Positions 10,601-32,100 of a stretch of DNA of 64,000 bases are shown piece after piece. Position numbers and translations under genes: made by a program. The stretch is from an uncultured Gemmatimonadales bacterium (GTDB lineage: Bacteria; Gemmatimonadota; Gemmatimonadetes; Longimicrobiales; Longimicrobiaceae). The notes beneath the pieces are model-generated. The model was not told where the DNA came from. It did not search any database and saw only the letters and a list, made by a program, of their open reading frames with translations. The DNA lies in assembly GCA_963716255.1 (NCBI GenBank), contig OY970303.1:6720001-6784000 (forward strand), written 5' to 3'. The stretch's first letter is position 1; every line of letters starts with the position of its first letter.

Positions 10601-13600
10601 GAGCCAGGTCCGCTGCCACACCGCGAAGTCGGCGTACTGCACGGGCAGCTCCGGGAGCCGGGGCTCCTCGCCCAGCACCAGCGCCGCGTAGCAGCGGTAC
10701 CACTCCTCGTAGAAGATGCCGCCCGACCAGCCGTCCAGCGCCAGGTGGTGGAAGGTGGTCAGCATCACCCAGTCCTCGTCGTCCAGCCGCACCAGCCGCG
10801 CCCGGTACGACGACTCCCGCGTGACGTCGAACGGGCGCGCGGCCTCCGCCAGCGCCAGCCGCCGGGCCTCCGCCTCGCGCGCGCCCCCGTCCTCCAGGTG
10901 GCGCAGGTCCTCCAGCGGCAGCGGCAGGCTCATCTCCGGCAGGATCACCTGCACCGGCTCGCCCGCGTCGTCCGTGCGGTAGACGGTGCGCAGGATGGCG
11001 TGGCGCCGCGCCACCATGTTCAGCGCCCGGCACGCCACCTCCGTGTCGAAGGCGCCGCGGAAGCGGAAGGAGATGGGGACGTTGTAGAAGGGGTTGCCGG
11101 GCTCCATCTGCTGCAGCAGCCAGATGCGCTGCTGCTGGAAGGAGAGCGGCAGCGGCCGGTCGTGGGGCACCGGGACCACGGGGGCGTCCACCACCTCGGG
11201 CGCGCCCGCGCGCAGCTCCTCGATGCGGCGCGCCAGCCCGGCCACCGTGGGCGCCTCGAACAGGGAGGCCAGCGACAGCTCCACCCGGAAGGCGTCGCGC
11301 AGCCGGGAGATGATCTGCGTGGCGAACAGGGAGTGGCCGCCCAGCGAGAAGAAGTCGTCGTGGACGCCCACCTGCCCGATCCCCAGCGCGTCCTGCCACG
11401 CCTCCGCCACGCGCCGCTCGACCTCGCCCCCGGGCGCGGCGTAGGGGGTCGCCAGGGCGGGACGCGAGTACAGCAGCGACGCGTCCGCCGCGGGCGCCGC
11501 TGCTCCGTCCGCCGCGGTCTCTCCGCCCGCCTCGCGGCGGGGCGCCACGCGCACCTGCGGCTCCGTGTCCAGGGCGAGGACGCGCTCCAGCGCCTCCGCC
11601 CAGCCGGGCGCCGCGCCGGGCTCCGCCCCGGGGTCGTCCAGCTCGTGCGCGAAGTCCCAGCGCACGGCGGTCCAGCCCAGGCGGTGCTCCGCCGCGTGGC
11701 GCCGCGCGAACGCCGCGGCGATCTCCGCGGCGGCGGCCTGGTGCATCCGCAGCGAGCCCGCCGCCGCGGGCGTCGGCGCGCTCTGCACCAGGCAGAAGTC
11801 GGGCGCCTCGCCGGCGAGGACGCGCTCCAGCGCGGCAAGCTCGGCCAGCGCGGCCGCCATCTCGTCGGCCTCGGGGCCGGGGACGAACGTGCGCAGCGGC
11901 ACGGACTCGCGGGTGCGGCCCACCTCCACCGTGTGAACCACGCCGCGCAGCGGCCCCCAGCGCTCCCGCGCCCGGGCGAGCGCCCGCTCCACCTGCGCGG
12001 GCTCCTGCGCGTCGGCGGCGAGCACCAGCACCTCCGCCCCGCCGGCCTCCAGCCGGCGCACCGCCCGCATGACGAAGGCCGAGGCGTGGTGCCGGTCGTG
12101 CGCCCCCAGCCAGGGGTCCCACTCCGCCCGGTCCTCCGGGAACGCGCCGCCCTCCAGCAGGAGCAGCTTCGCGCCGCGGCCCGCCAGGTGGGCGGCCGCC
12201 GCGAGCGCGCGCGGCGTCGGCCGGCCGCCCAGCAGGTAGAAGCCGTCCCCGCGGACGCGCGGCGCCGCGCCCGCGGGGCGGAGCGGCCGCTCGGAGCGCG
12301 TCCAGCGCTTCCACCCGCGCAGCGCCACGGCCGCCCCGCTCCCGCCCCGCAGCTCGGCGGCCAGCGTCTCCACAAGGCGGGCCGCCCCGCCGGACGTGGC
12401 CACGTCGACGATGCGGCAGGACAGGGCGGGGTACTCGCGGGGGATCACCTCCAGCGGTCCCAGCAGCATGGCCCGGGCGGGCTCCGCGGCGTCCACGCCG
12501 CCGACGTCGAACACCCGGTCCGCCACCAGCGTGATCCGCGCCGGGGCGCCGCCGGTCCCGGCCGTCCGCGCCAGGTGCACCAGGCCGGCGTACCCCCGCG
12601 GATGGATGTGCGCCGCGTCGTCCGGAGCTCCGTCCGCGCCGGTCAGCGTCCACAGGTGCACCCACTCCTCCGGCCGGGTCCCGTCCCGCTCCAGCGCCTC
12701 GCCCAGCGCGCGGAAGTCCTCGCCGCGCTCCGGCCGCATCCGCCACGCGTCCGTGCCGGCGCGCTCGAACGCCGCGCCGGGCGCCACCTCCACCACGCGG
12801 TGGCCGGCGCCGCGGAGCGCGGCGGCGAGACCCGCCCCCACCTCCCCCCCGTCCGCCAGCAGCACCCACGTCCGCGGGGCGTCGTCGGCCGGGGGCATGG
12901 CGGCGCGGCGCCAGGCGGGGATCCGCAGCACGGAATCGCCGTCCGCGACGCGGCGGCGGCGGCGCGACGGCCCGCGCCGCGCGGGGGCATCCACCCAGAA
13001 GCGCTGCCGCTGGAAGGGGTAGGTGGGTAGGGGGACGCGGCGGCGGCGCTCGCCGTCCGCGAACCGGTCCCAGTCCACGCGCGCCCCGGCCAGCCAGCTC
13101 CGCCCCAGCGACTCCAGCAGGAAGGCCGCGTCCGGCTGGCGCGTGTAGGCGTGCCGCAGCGACGCCAGCACCGACGATTCCGCCGCCCCCGCGGCGAGCG
13201 CGAAGGTGCCCAGGGTCCGCCCGGGGCCCACCTCCAGCAGCAGCCGGCCGGGCTCCTCCAGGAGCGTCCGCAGGCACTCCGCGAAGCGCACGGGGAGGCA
13301 CAGGTGGCGCGTCCAGTACGCGGGGTCGGTGGCCTCCTCGGGGGTGATCCAGCCGCCGGTGACGTTGGACAGGAAGGGGAGCGACGGCGCGCGCAGCGGC
13401 GTGCGGCGCACCCGCTCCGCCAGCCGCTCGGCCACCGGCTCCATGAGCGGCGAGTGGAAGGCGTGTCCGGCGTTCAGCCGGCGGCACGCCACGCCGTCCG
13501 CGAGCAGCCGTGCCTCCAGCGCGGCGACCGCCTCCGGCGTCCCCGAGACCGTGCACAGCCCCGGCGCGTTGTGCGCCGCCAGCGCCAGGCCGGCGCCCAG

Positions 13601-15706
13601 CAGGGGCTCCACGCCCGCCGGGTCCATGGGCACGGCGAGCATGGCGCCCGCGGGCAGCTCCGCCACCAGGCGCGCGCGCTCGGCCACCAGCGCGAGCGCG
13701 TCCTCCAGCTCGAAGACGCCGGCCAGCGTGGCCGCCACGTACTCGCCCAGCGAGTGGCCGAGCAGGGCCGCGGGGGCGAGGCCCCACGCCGTCCACAGGC
13801 GCGCCAGCGCGTACTCCACCACGAACACGGCGGGGTGGGCCAGCTCCGTGCGGGCCAGGCCGTCCGCGGCGCCGCCGCCGCGCCCCAGCATGCGGCGCAG
13901 GTCCGTCGCCGCGCCCGCGGCGCCGCCGTCGGGCCGCTGCTCGGGCGGGGCCTCGCCGGAAAAGAGCACGTCGCGGAGGTCCAGCCCCAGCCGTGGCAGC
14001 AGGATCTCCGCGCAGCGGTCCACCTCGGCGCGGAAGACGGGCTCCGCCTCGTACAGGCCGCGCGCCATCCCGGCGTAGTGGTCGCCCAGGCCGGGGAGAA
14101 GGAAGACGACCTCGCGCTCGTCCCACTCCTGCACGGCGTCGCGGATGCGCGCCGGGTCGCGCGACTCCAGCGCGGCCGCGGCCTCCTCGCCGCCGCGGCA
14201 CACCAGCACGCGCCGGTGGGCGAAGCGGCGGCGGCCCACGCGCAGCGTGTGCGCCACGTCGGCCAGCGGCTGATCCGGGTGCTCGCGCAGGTGCCGGGCG
14301 AGGCGGTCGGTGGCCTCCTCCAGCGCGGCGCGATCGCGGGCGGAGAGCACCAGCAGCTGCAGCGGGCGCGACGCGCCGGAGGATCCGGCCGGCGGCGCCT
14401 CCTCCAGCACCACGTGTGCGTTGGTGCCGCCCATCCCGAACGAGCTGACGCCCGCGATGCGGGGGGCGCCCTGCGCGTCCCAGGGACTCAGCCGCGCGCT
14501 CACGTAGAACGGCGACCGCGCGAAGTCCACCTTGGGGCTGGGGCGCTGGAAGTGCAGCGTGGGCGGGATCTCCGCGTTCTCCAGCGCGAGCACGGTCTTG
14601 ATCAGCCCCGCCACCCCGGCCGCCGCGTCCAGGTGGCCGATGCTGCTCTTCACCGAGCCCAGCGCGCAGAAGCCGGTCCGCTGCGTGCGGGCGCGGAACA
14701 CCTGGGTGAGGGCCTCCACCTCCACCGGGTCGCCCAGCTCCGTGGCCGAGCCGTGCCCTTCCACGTACGACACCCGGTCCGGATCGACCCCGGCGATGGC
14801 CAGCGCCTCGCCGATGGCGCGCGCCTGCCCGTCCCGGCGCGGCGCGGTGTAGCCGATCTTGCCGGAGCCGTCGTTGTTGACGGCCGTGCCGCGGATCACG
14901 GCGTGCACGGTGTCGCCCTCGTCCAGCGCGTCGGCGAGCCGCTTCAGCACCACGATCCCCACGCCGCTCCCCGGCACCGTGCCGCGGGCGTCCGCGTCGT
15001 ACGAGCGGCACGCGCCGGTGGGGTCCAGGATCCCGCCCTGCTCGAAGCGGTAGCCCTTGACCTGCGGAACCTGCACCGAGACACCGCCCGCCAGGACCAT
15101 GTCCGACTCGCCCGAGAGCAGGCTCTGGCACGCCAGGTGGACGGCCACCAGGGACGACGAGCAGGCCGTCTGCACGTTGAGGCTGGGACCCTCAAGCCCC
15201 AGCTGGAACGAGGTGCGCGTCGCCACCCCGAACGAGGCGTTGCCGGTCTGGATCTGCAGGCCGGCGTGGCGCAGCGCGGGGTGGGAGGCGAGCAGCTTCC
15301 AGTAGCCGTTCAGGTCGGCGCCCGAGAACAGGCCGATGCGCCCGGCGTACCCGGCCGGGTCGTACCCCGCCTGCTCCAGCGCCTCCCAGGCGCACTCCAG
15401 GAACAGGCGGTGCTGCGGGTTCAGGTAGACGGCGTCGCGCGGCGACAGGCCGAAGAACTCGGCGTCGAACATCTCCACGCCCGCGAGGACGCCCCCGGCG
15501 CGCACGTAGGCCGGGTCGCGCACCGTGGCGGCGGGGACGCCGGCGGCGACCAGCTCCTCCTCGGTGAAGCGGGTGATGCCGTCCACGCCCGCGCGCAGGT
15601 TGCTCCAGAACTCCGCCAGGTCCCGCGCGCCGGGAAAGCGCCCCGCCATCCCCACGATGGCGACCTCCTGGCCGGTGAACTGCTCGTCGTCGCCCGTCTG
15701 GCTCAT
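4625..15706 (-). CDS. Hybrid PKS-NRPS 'gene B', 3693 aa: KS-AT-degenerate KR-ACP-C-A-T-C-A-T
   Basis: KS motifs AIVGMAGRFPG, QTACSSS, HGSAT, KSSIGHL. AT motifs GHSLG and HAFH. ACP GGHSL. C domains HHLALDGWS and HHLVTDGWS. Two A domains (YTSGSTG, YGPTE, YRTGD). T domains GGDSI and GGHSL. Acidic C-terminal helix. Confidence 0.96.
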   Translation of the reverse strand: MSQTGDDEQFTGQEVAIVGMAGRFPGARDLAEFWSNLRAGVDGITRFTEEELVAAGVPAATVRDPAYVRAGGVLAGVEMFDAEFFGLSPRDAVYLNPQHRLFLECAWEALEQAGYDPAGYAGRIGLFSGADLNGYWKLLASHPALRHAGLQIQTGNASFGVATRTSFQLGLEGPSLNVQTACSSSLVAVHLACQSLLSGESDMVLAGGVSVQVPQVKGYRFEQGGILDPTGACRSYDADARGTVPGSGVGIVVLKRLADALDEGDTVHAVIRGTAVNNDGSGKIGYTAPRRDGQARAIGEALAIAGVDPDRVSYVEGHGSATELGDPVEVEALTQVFRARTQRTGFCALGSVKSSIGHLDAAAGVAGLIKTVLALENAEIPPTLHFQRPSPKVDFARSPFYVSARLSPWDAQGAPRIAGVSSFGMGGTNAHVVLEEAPPAGSSGASRPLQLLVLSARDRAALEEATDRLARHLREHPDQPLADVAHTLRVGRRRFAHRRVLVCRGGEEAAAALESRDPARIRDAVQEWDEREVVFLLPGLGDHYAGMARGLYEAEPVFRAEVDRCAEILLPRLGLDLRDVLFSGEAPPEQRPDGGAAGAATDLRRMLGRGGGAADGLARTELAHPAVFVVEYALARLWTAWGLAPAALLGHSLGEYVAATLAGVFELEDALALVAERARLVAELPAGAMLAVPMDPAGVEPLLGAGLALAAHNAPGLCTVSGTPEAVAALEARLLADGVACRRLNAGHAFHSPLMEPVAERLAERVRRTPLRAPSLPFLSNVTGGWITPEEATDPAYWTRHLCLPVRFAECLRTLLEEPGRLLLEVGPGRTLGTFALAAGAAESSVLASLRHAYTRQPDAAFLLESLGRSWLAGARVDWDRFADGERRRRVPLPTYPFQRQRFWVDAPARRGPSRRRRRVADGDSVLRIPAWRRAAMPPADDAPRTWVLLADGGEVGAGLAAALRGAGHRVVEVAPGAAFERAGTDAWRMRPERGEDFRALGEALERDGTRPEEWVHLWTLTGADGAPDDAAHIHPRGYAGLVHLARTAGTGGAPARITLVADRVFDVGGVDAAEPARAMLLGPLEVIPREYPALSCRIVDVATSGGAARLVETLAAELRGGSGAAVALRGWKRWTRSERPLRPAGAAPRVRGDGFYLLGGRPTPRALAAAAHLAGRGAKLLLLEGGAFPEDRAEWDPWLGAHDRHHASAFVMRAVRRLEAGGAEVLVLAADAQEPAQVERALARARERWGPLRGVVHTVEVGRTRESVPLRTFVPGPEADEMAAALAELAALERVLAGEAPDFCLVQSAPTPAAAGSLRMHQAAAAEIAAAFARRHAAEHRLGWTAVRWDFAHELDDPGAEPGAAPGWAEALERVLALDTEPQVRVAPRREAGGETAADGAAAPAADASLLYSRPALATPYAAPGGEVERRVAEAWQDALGIGQVGVHDDFFSLGGHSLFATQIISRLRDAFRVELSLASLFEAPTVAGLARRIEELRAGAPEVVDAPVVPVPHDRPLPLSFQQQRIWLLQQMEPGNPFYNVPISFRFRGAFDTEVACRALNMVARRHAILRTVYRTDDAGEPVQVILPEMSLPLPLEDLRHLEDGGAREAEARRLALAEAARPFDVTRESSYRARLVRLDDEDWVMLTTFHHLALDGWSGGIFYEEWYRCYAALVLGEEPRLPELPVQYADFAVWQRTWLSGERLRRQVDYWKERLEGAPLALEVPTDRVRPPLRSYRGAQHRVVISAGLKERLEALCAREGITLFILLMAAYKVLLRRYSGQDDLVVGTVDANRSRPETEPLIGFFINTLPIRTRLDGDPTLAGLFARVRDATLGAYARAELPLEKLLEELHLERDVSRNPLIQVMFGFERPIAHFADPSPRLPLRAVEYADQGLTDSGTAKFDLDVLLREHPEEGTVVGILGYNLDLFDPATTERLLANYFALLEGIAADPERRVSQLEVMSPRERRRVLAEFNDTARPFPAEPLVHERFADAARRTPDAAAVLWGAERVPYAALDARANQVARALRRMGVGPETPVGACVERGPEMLAALLGILRAGGAFVPLDPAHPDDRIARVLRDAGAPVLLAQERLLERLAPLAPEVLPLDGSGVDRESADPVESGVGPANLAYVIYTSGSTGEPKGVRVEHRALLDTLLGAAERFGVRAGDVMPSLAGWTFDIWLLEALLPLLAGGAVRVVPAEHVTDMDALAREAEDATLLHAVPALMRQLAGALAQAGRALPGLRAAFTGGDAVPPDLPEAMRAAFPAAAVHVLYGPTEGVVICTAHHAREVRPERHPLGTPLPNTRVYVCDAAGAPLPLGVPGELLLGGAGLARGYGGLPGLTAERFVPDALCGEAGGRLYRTGDRARWRDDGTLEFLGRTDAQVKLRGFRIEPGEVEAALLRHGGVAEAVVAVRGDGPGEPRLVAWYTAQSGVTAEELRGHLRGSLPEYMVPSALVALDRLPLTPTGKVDRAALVAPAPADAAAEYVAPRGPVEEALAEVWRDVLGLDRVGVHDNFFALGGDSILSIQAVSRARRAGVELKPRHFFENPTIAELAPLVPADGGGPIAEAGHGPAPFALAALEPDALGALLAGADDVEDAYPLTPMQEGMLFHSLYAPGEGGYVGQYVFSLAGEVDAAAFRRAWQGAVDRHPALRTDFAWEGLDRPLQRVRRGAEVPFLEEDWRGLPAGEQAARLDAFLAEDRARGFDPARAPLMRLAVFRLADDLHRVAWTHHHLVTDGWSLPLLFRDVVALYDGFARGTDAELGAAPPYRDYVAWLQGRDLAAAERFWRGSLAGFAAPTPLEIARPAAPAEVAHGYGRARMELADAESAALGAMARRHQLTAATLVQGAWALLLSRYGGGDDVLFGAVVSGRPGELAGVEEMVGLFINTVPVRVPVRPDANLADWLAELQRRLAAAREHAYTPLVQVRAWTEVPAARPLFESIVVFQNQPMDDVLAGGDRRLAVRDLEGTEQADLPLTLVAALQGRLRVEAEFQRERFDPEAIGRMLGHLRVLLEEFAAGPERRLGDVELLAGAERRRVLEEWSGRPAGAGFVPVHEAFAARARENPDATAVLWGAEPVTYGELDARAGRLAEAIRLAGAGPEARVAVYTERGPDAVAALLAALRAGCAFVPLDPAYRSERLAHMLRDSGAAVLVTQASLRAQLGGFGGEVVLVDEAPSPTRGEGEHDTTAPEGQEALPQNWGRVASLGEPGEGAEDAYAVPVDPDRLAYVVYTSGSTGTPKGVAVPHGALAAVVDACVRLHGIGRATRLLQAYSLSFDPGVLDVFMALATGATLVVAGREDQLSGERLAELVRSHAVTAAALPPALLGAMPDDGLPTLRTVIAGGEACPPETVARWSRGRRFFVAYGPTETTVVATALEAAGPEAGAPIGRPLPGVRVFVADGEGRPVPAGVPGELWIGGMGVARGYLGRPEPTAAAFVPDALSGAAGARLYRTGDRVRWRADGALEFLGRVDLQVKVRGFRIEPGEVEAVLTAHPAVRDAVVEARGDAPGERRLVAYVTPSGGEVPVDGLRVHARERLPEHMVPAAFVVLDALPLTPGGKVDRRALPAPEGAPDPAAYVAPRTPVEALLADIVADVLGLERVGVHDGFFDIGGHSLLATRVVARIHRALGVDVPLRAFFAAPTVAGIAEHLAAETPVAPEAEDRLEDMLGRLEELSDEEVMRLLGK
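6051..6164. repeat. REP-like palindromic composite inserted in frame in the last A domain of gene B
   Basis: 6138-6164 is identical over 27 nt to intergenic 4574-4600. 6079-6102 is a 10-bp hairpin. 6051-6076 resembles 4467-4493. It translates as APSPTRGEGEHDTTAPEGQEALPQNWGRVASLGEPGEG just before the A3 motif. Confidence 0.85.
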
Positions 15707-15740
15707 CGTGGCTGTGCGTGCGGTGGAAGATGGGCGCGCG

Positions 15741-28565
<12,825 letters not shown>

Positions 28566-28712
28566 GCCTGCTGTCTCACCGGGGTCGCCGACGTCGCGTC
28601 TGTCTATTCCTGTCCCAATCCAGGCGCCGGGACCGGGCGCCGGGGCTCCCCCGGAGGCGAGCGCTTCGGGGCGCCCGGACATCGGATAGATGGCGGAAAG
28701 TAAATTATCCTG

Positions 28713-28740
28713 GCGCGCGGGGTTTCGGAACCCCTCGCGC
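28713..28740. promoter_or_regulatory. Inverted repeat in the divergent intergenic region (possible operator or hairpin)
   Basis: GCGCG-C-GGGGTT-TCGG-AACCCC-T-CGCGC, next to the AT-rich patch AAAGTAAATTAT (minus-strand GATAAT at 28704-28709). Confidence 0.35.
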
Positions 28741-28952
28741 GGGGCCCCGGGGGCCTGCCGGCGGGTCTCCCCGGCCTCGCCGGATGCACGGCTCCGCTGG
28801 GAGAAACGCCCGGAGGGCGCCGCGGGACGGGGGAGCCCCACGGACCCCCCGGCGCGGGCCGGCCGGCGTGCGGCGGACCGCGATCCCGGCCTCCCTCGCC
28901 CGCGGGGAGCGAAAAAGCGAGCGGTGGCGCGGCGGAAAGCCGCCGGACGCGG

Positions 28953-28981
28953 TTGCGCATCGGCGGAGGCGGGGGTATGTT
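28953..28981 (+). promoter_or_regulatory. Candidate sigma70-type promoter for the right arm
   Basis: TTGCGC (28953-28958), a 17-nt spacer and TATGTT (28976-28981), followed by an unusually AT-rich tract (CATAATCATGACACTA). Confidence 0.4.
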
Positions 28982-29158
28982 CCCAGCCATAATCATGACA
29001 CTACGGGAGTTAGAGATCGTCCACGTTTGCCCCGGGCCAGGGGTGTCGCCCCCGGGACGCGCGGGGCGTGGCCGACGCTTGCCCGTACCCAGGGGTCCGG
29101 CCGGCCCGTGGCCGGGGTCCGTGTCCGCCTGCCCGTCCCGACGACTCCAGCCGCGCCC

Positions 29159-32100
29159 GTGGAAATAGCCCAGCCTGGAGAACGCCGAGACGTTTCGCGC
29201 CTGATCGAGGACGTGTACCCGCTGAGCCCGGTGCAGCAGGGGATGATCTTCCACGAGCAGTACGCGCCGGACTCGGGGATGTACGTCAGCCAGTTCGTCC
29301 TGGGGCTCCGCGGCAGGCTGGATCCCGCGGTGCTGCGCCGCGCGTGGGAGCGGGTGCTCGACCTCCGCCCCGTGCTGCGGACCGGGTTCCTGCTGGAAGG
29401 GGTGCCGGGCCCCGTGCAGGTGGTCCTGCGCTGCGGGGAGGTGCCCTGGGAGCTCCTCGACTGGCGCGGCCTTCCGCGCGCCGAGCAGGAGGAGGGGCTG
29501 CGCCGGCACCTGGCCGCGGCGCGCGCGCGGCGCTTCGACCTGCTCGATCCGCCGCTGATGCGGCTGGCGCTCGTCCGCACGGCGGACGAGGCGTGGCAGC
29601 TCGCCTGGAGCCACCACCACCTGGTGCTGGACGGCTGGTCCATCCCGCTGGTGCTGCAGGACGTGCTCGCCTGCTACGACGCGCTCCTGGAAGGCGCCGC
29701 CCCCACCCTCCCCCACCGGCGGCCGTACCGCGACTACGTCGCCTGGCTGCTCCGGCGGGACCCGTCCGCGGCCGAGGCGTACTGGCGGGGCGCCCTGCAC
29801 GACTTCACCGAGCCCACGCCCCTGGGTGCGGACCGGCACCTCCCCGCGGGGCCGGACACGGGCGGCGTCCACGGCACGGTCCGGCGGGAGGTGGGTGCCG
29901 GCGCGACCGGGGCGCTGCGGGCGTTCGCCAGGGAGCACCGGGTCACGCTCAACACGCTGGTGCAGGGGGCGTGGGCGCTGCTGCTGGGGCGCGGGTCGGG
30001 GGAGGGGGACGTGGTGTTCGGGACGGCGGTGTCCGGGCGGCCGCCGGAGCTGGCGGGGATGGAGCAGATGATCGGCCTGTTCATCAACACGCTCCCGGTG
30101 CGGGTGCGGGTGGACGGGCACGCGCGGGTGGACGAGTGGCTGCAGGCCCTTCACCGGGGGCAGACCGCGGCGCGGGCGTACGACCACACCCCGCTCGCCG
30201 AGGTGCAGCGGTGGAGCGGGGTGCCGGCGGGGCAGCCGCTCTTCGAGAGCATCGTGGCGTTCGAGAACCTCCCGGTGGAGGACGCGGGCGTGCGGAGCTT
30301 CGCGGTGGAGCGCTGGGAGGTGGTGGGATGGAGCCACTACCCGCTCGAGCTGGTGGCGATCCCGGGCGAGAGGCTGGACCTGCGGATGGGGTACGATGCC
30401 GGGCGGATCGAGCCGGACGCGGCGGAGCGGATGGCGGATGCCCTGGAGGCGGCCCTGGAGGCGCTGGCCGCCGGTCCCGGGCGGCCCCTTTCCGGGGTCC
30501 CGCTCCTGCGGGGAACGGAGCGCGCGCGGGTGCTGGAAAGCTGGAACGCCACCGCCGCCGACTTCCCCGCCGCGTGCGTGCACGAGCTGGTCTCCGCGCG
30601 GGCGGCGCGCGAACCGCACGCCGTGGCCGTGGTCTTCGAGGGGACGACGCTGAGCTTCGCGGAGCTGGAGGCACGCGCCAACCGGCTCGCCCGGCACCTG
30701 CGGCGGCTGGGCGTGCGTCCGGAGACCCGGGTGGGGGTGTGCGCCGAGCGCTCGCCCGAGCTCGTGGTCGCCCTGCTGGCGGTGCTCAGGGCAGGCGGCG
30801 CCTACGTGCCGCTGGATCCCTCCTATCCCGCCGAGCGCCTGGCCTGCCTGGTGGAGGATGCCGGCGCGCCGCTGCTGCTGACGCAGGAGCGCCTGCTGGA
30901 GCGCCTTCCCCCCCACGCGGCGCAGGTCCTCTGCCTGGACCGCGACGCCGCCCGGGTCGCCGCGGAAAGCGCGGAGCCCCTGCCGCAGCGCGCCGAACCG
31001 CAATCCCTCGCATACGTAATCCACACTTCCGGCTCCACCGGGCGCCCCAAAGGCGCCATGAACACGCACGAAGGCGTCGCCAACCGGCTGCTGTGGATGC
31101 AGGCGGAGTACGGGCTTGGCCCCGGCGACGCGGTGCTCCAGAAGACGCCGTTCAGCTTCGACGTGTCGGTGTGGGAATTCTTCTGGCCGCTGCTCGCGGG
31201 CGCGCGGCTTGTGCTGGCGAAGCCGGGGGGGCACGGGGACCCGGCGTACCTGTCGGAGCTGATCGAGCGGGAAAGCGTCACCACCCTCCACTTCGTCCCG
31301 CCGATGCTCGCCGCCTTCCTGGAGGCGGGGGAGCCCGCGCGGTGCGCGTCGCTGCGGCGGGTGGTGTGCAGCGGGGAGGCGCTTCCGTACGAGCTGACGG
31401 AGCGCTTCCGCGAAGCGCTGCCCGGCGTGGAGCTGCACAACCTGTACGGTCCCACCGAAGCCGCCGTGGACGTCACCCACTGGGCGTGCGAGCCGCGGGA
31501 GCGGCGCGTGGTCCCCATCGGCCGGCCGGTGGCCAACACGCGCCTGTACGTGCTGGACCCGGGGGGCGAGCCGGTGCCGGTGGGGGCGCCGGGCGAGCTG
31601 TACCTGGGCGGGGTGCAGCTGGGGCGCGGCTACCTGGGGCGGCCGGGGCGGACGGCCGAGCGATGGGTGCCCGACGCGCTTTCCGGCGGCGCGGGCGGGC
31701 GGTTGTACCGCACGGGAGACCGGGTGAGATGGACGGCCGCCGGGGAGCTGGAGTACCTGGGGCGCATGGACTTCCAGGTCAAGGTGCGGGGCTTCCGCAT
31801 CGAGCCGGGGGAGATCGAGGCCGCGCTGCTGGCGCACGCGCGGGTGCGCGAGGCGGTGGTGGCCGCGCGGGAGGACGCGCCGGGCGCCGGGCCGCGGCTG
31901 GCTGCCTACGTGGTGCCGCAGGCGGGCGTGGAGGTCACGGCGGCGGAGCTGCGCGAGCACCTGCGGGAGCGGCTCCCGGAGCACCTGGTGCCCGGCGCCT
32001 TCGTCGTGCTGGACCGGCTGCCGCTGGCCCCCAACGGCAAGCTGGACCGGCGGGCCCTCCCCGCGCCGGAGCGGGAGAGCGAAGCCCCCGCGGCGCCGCG

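Noticed and set aside
28566..28841. Upstream extensions of genes C and D given by the ORF track (starts 28841 and 28784)
   Set aside because: They would overlap head to head, are low-complexity and cover the likely promoter region. Domain homology starts near 28550 and 29204.
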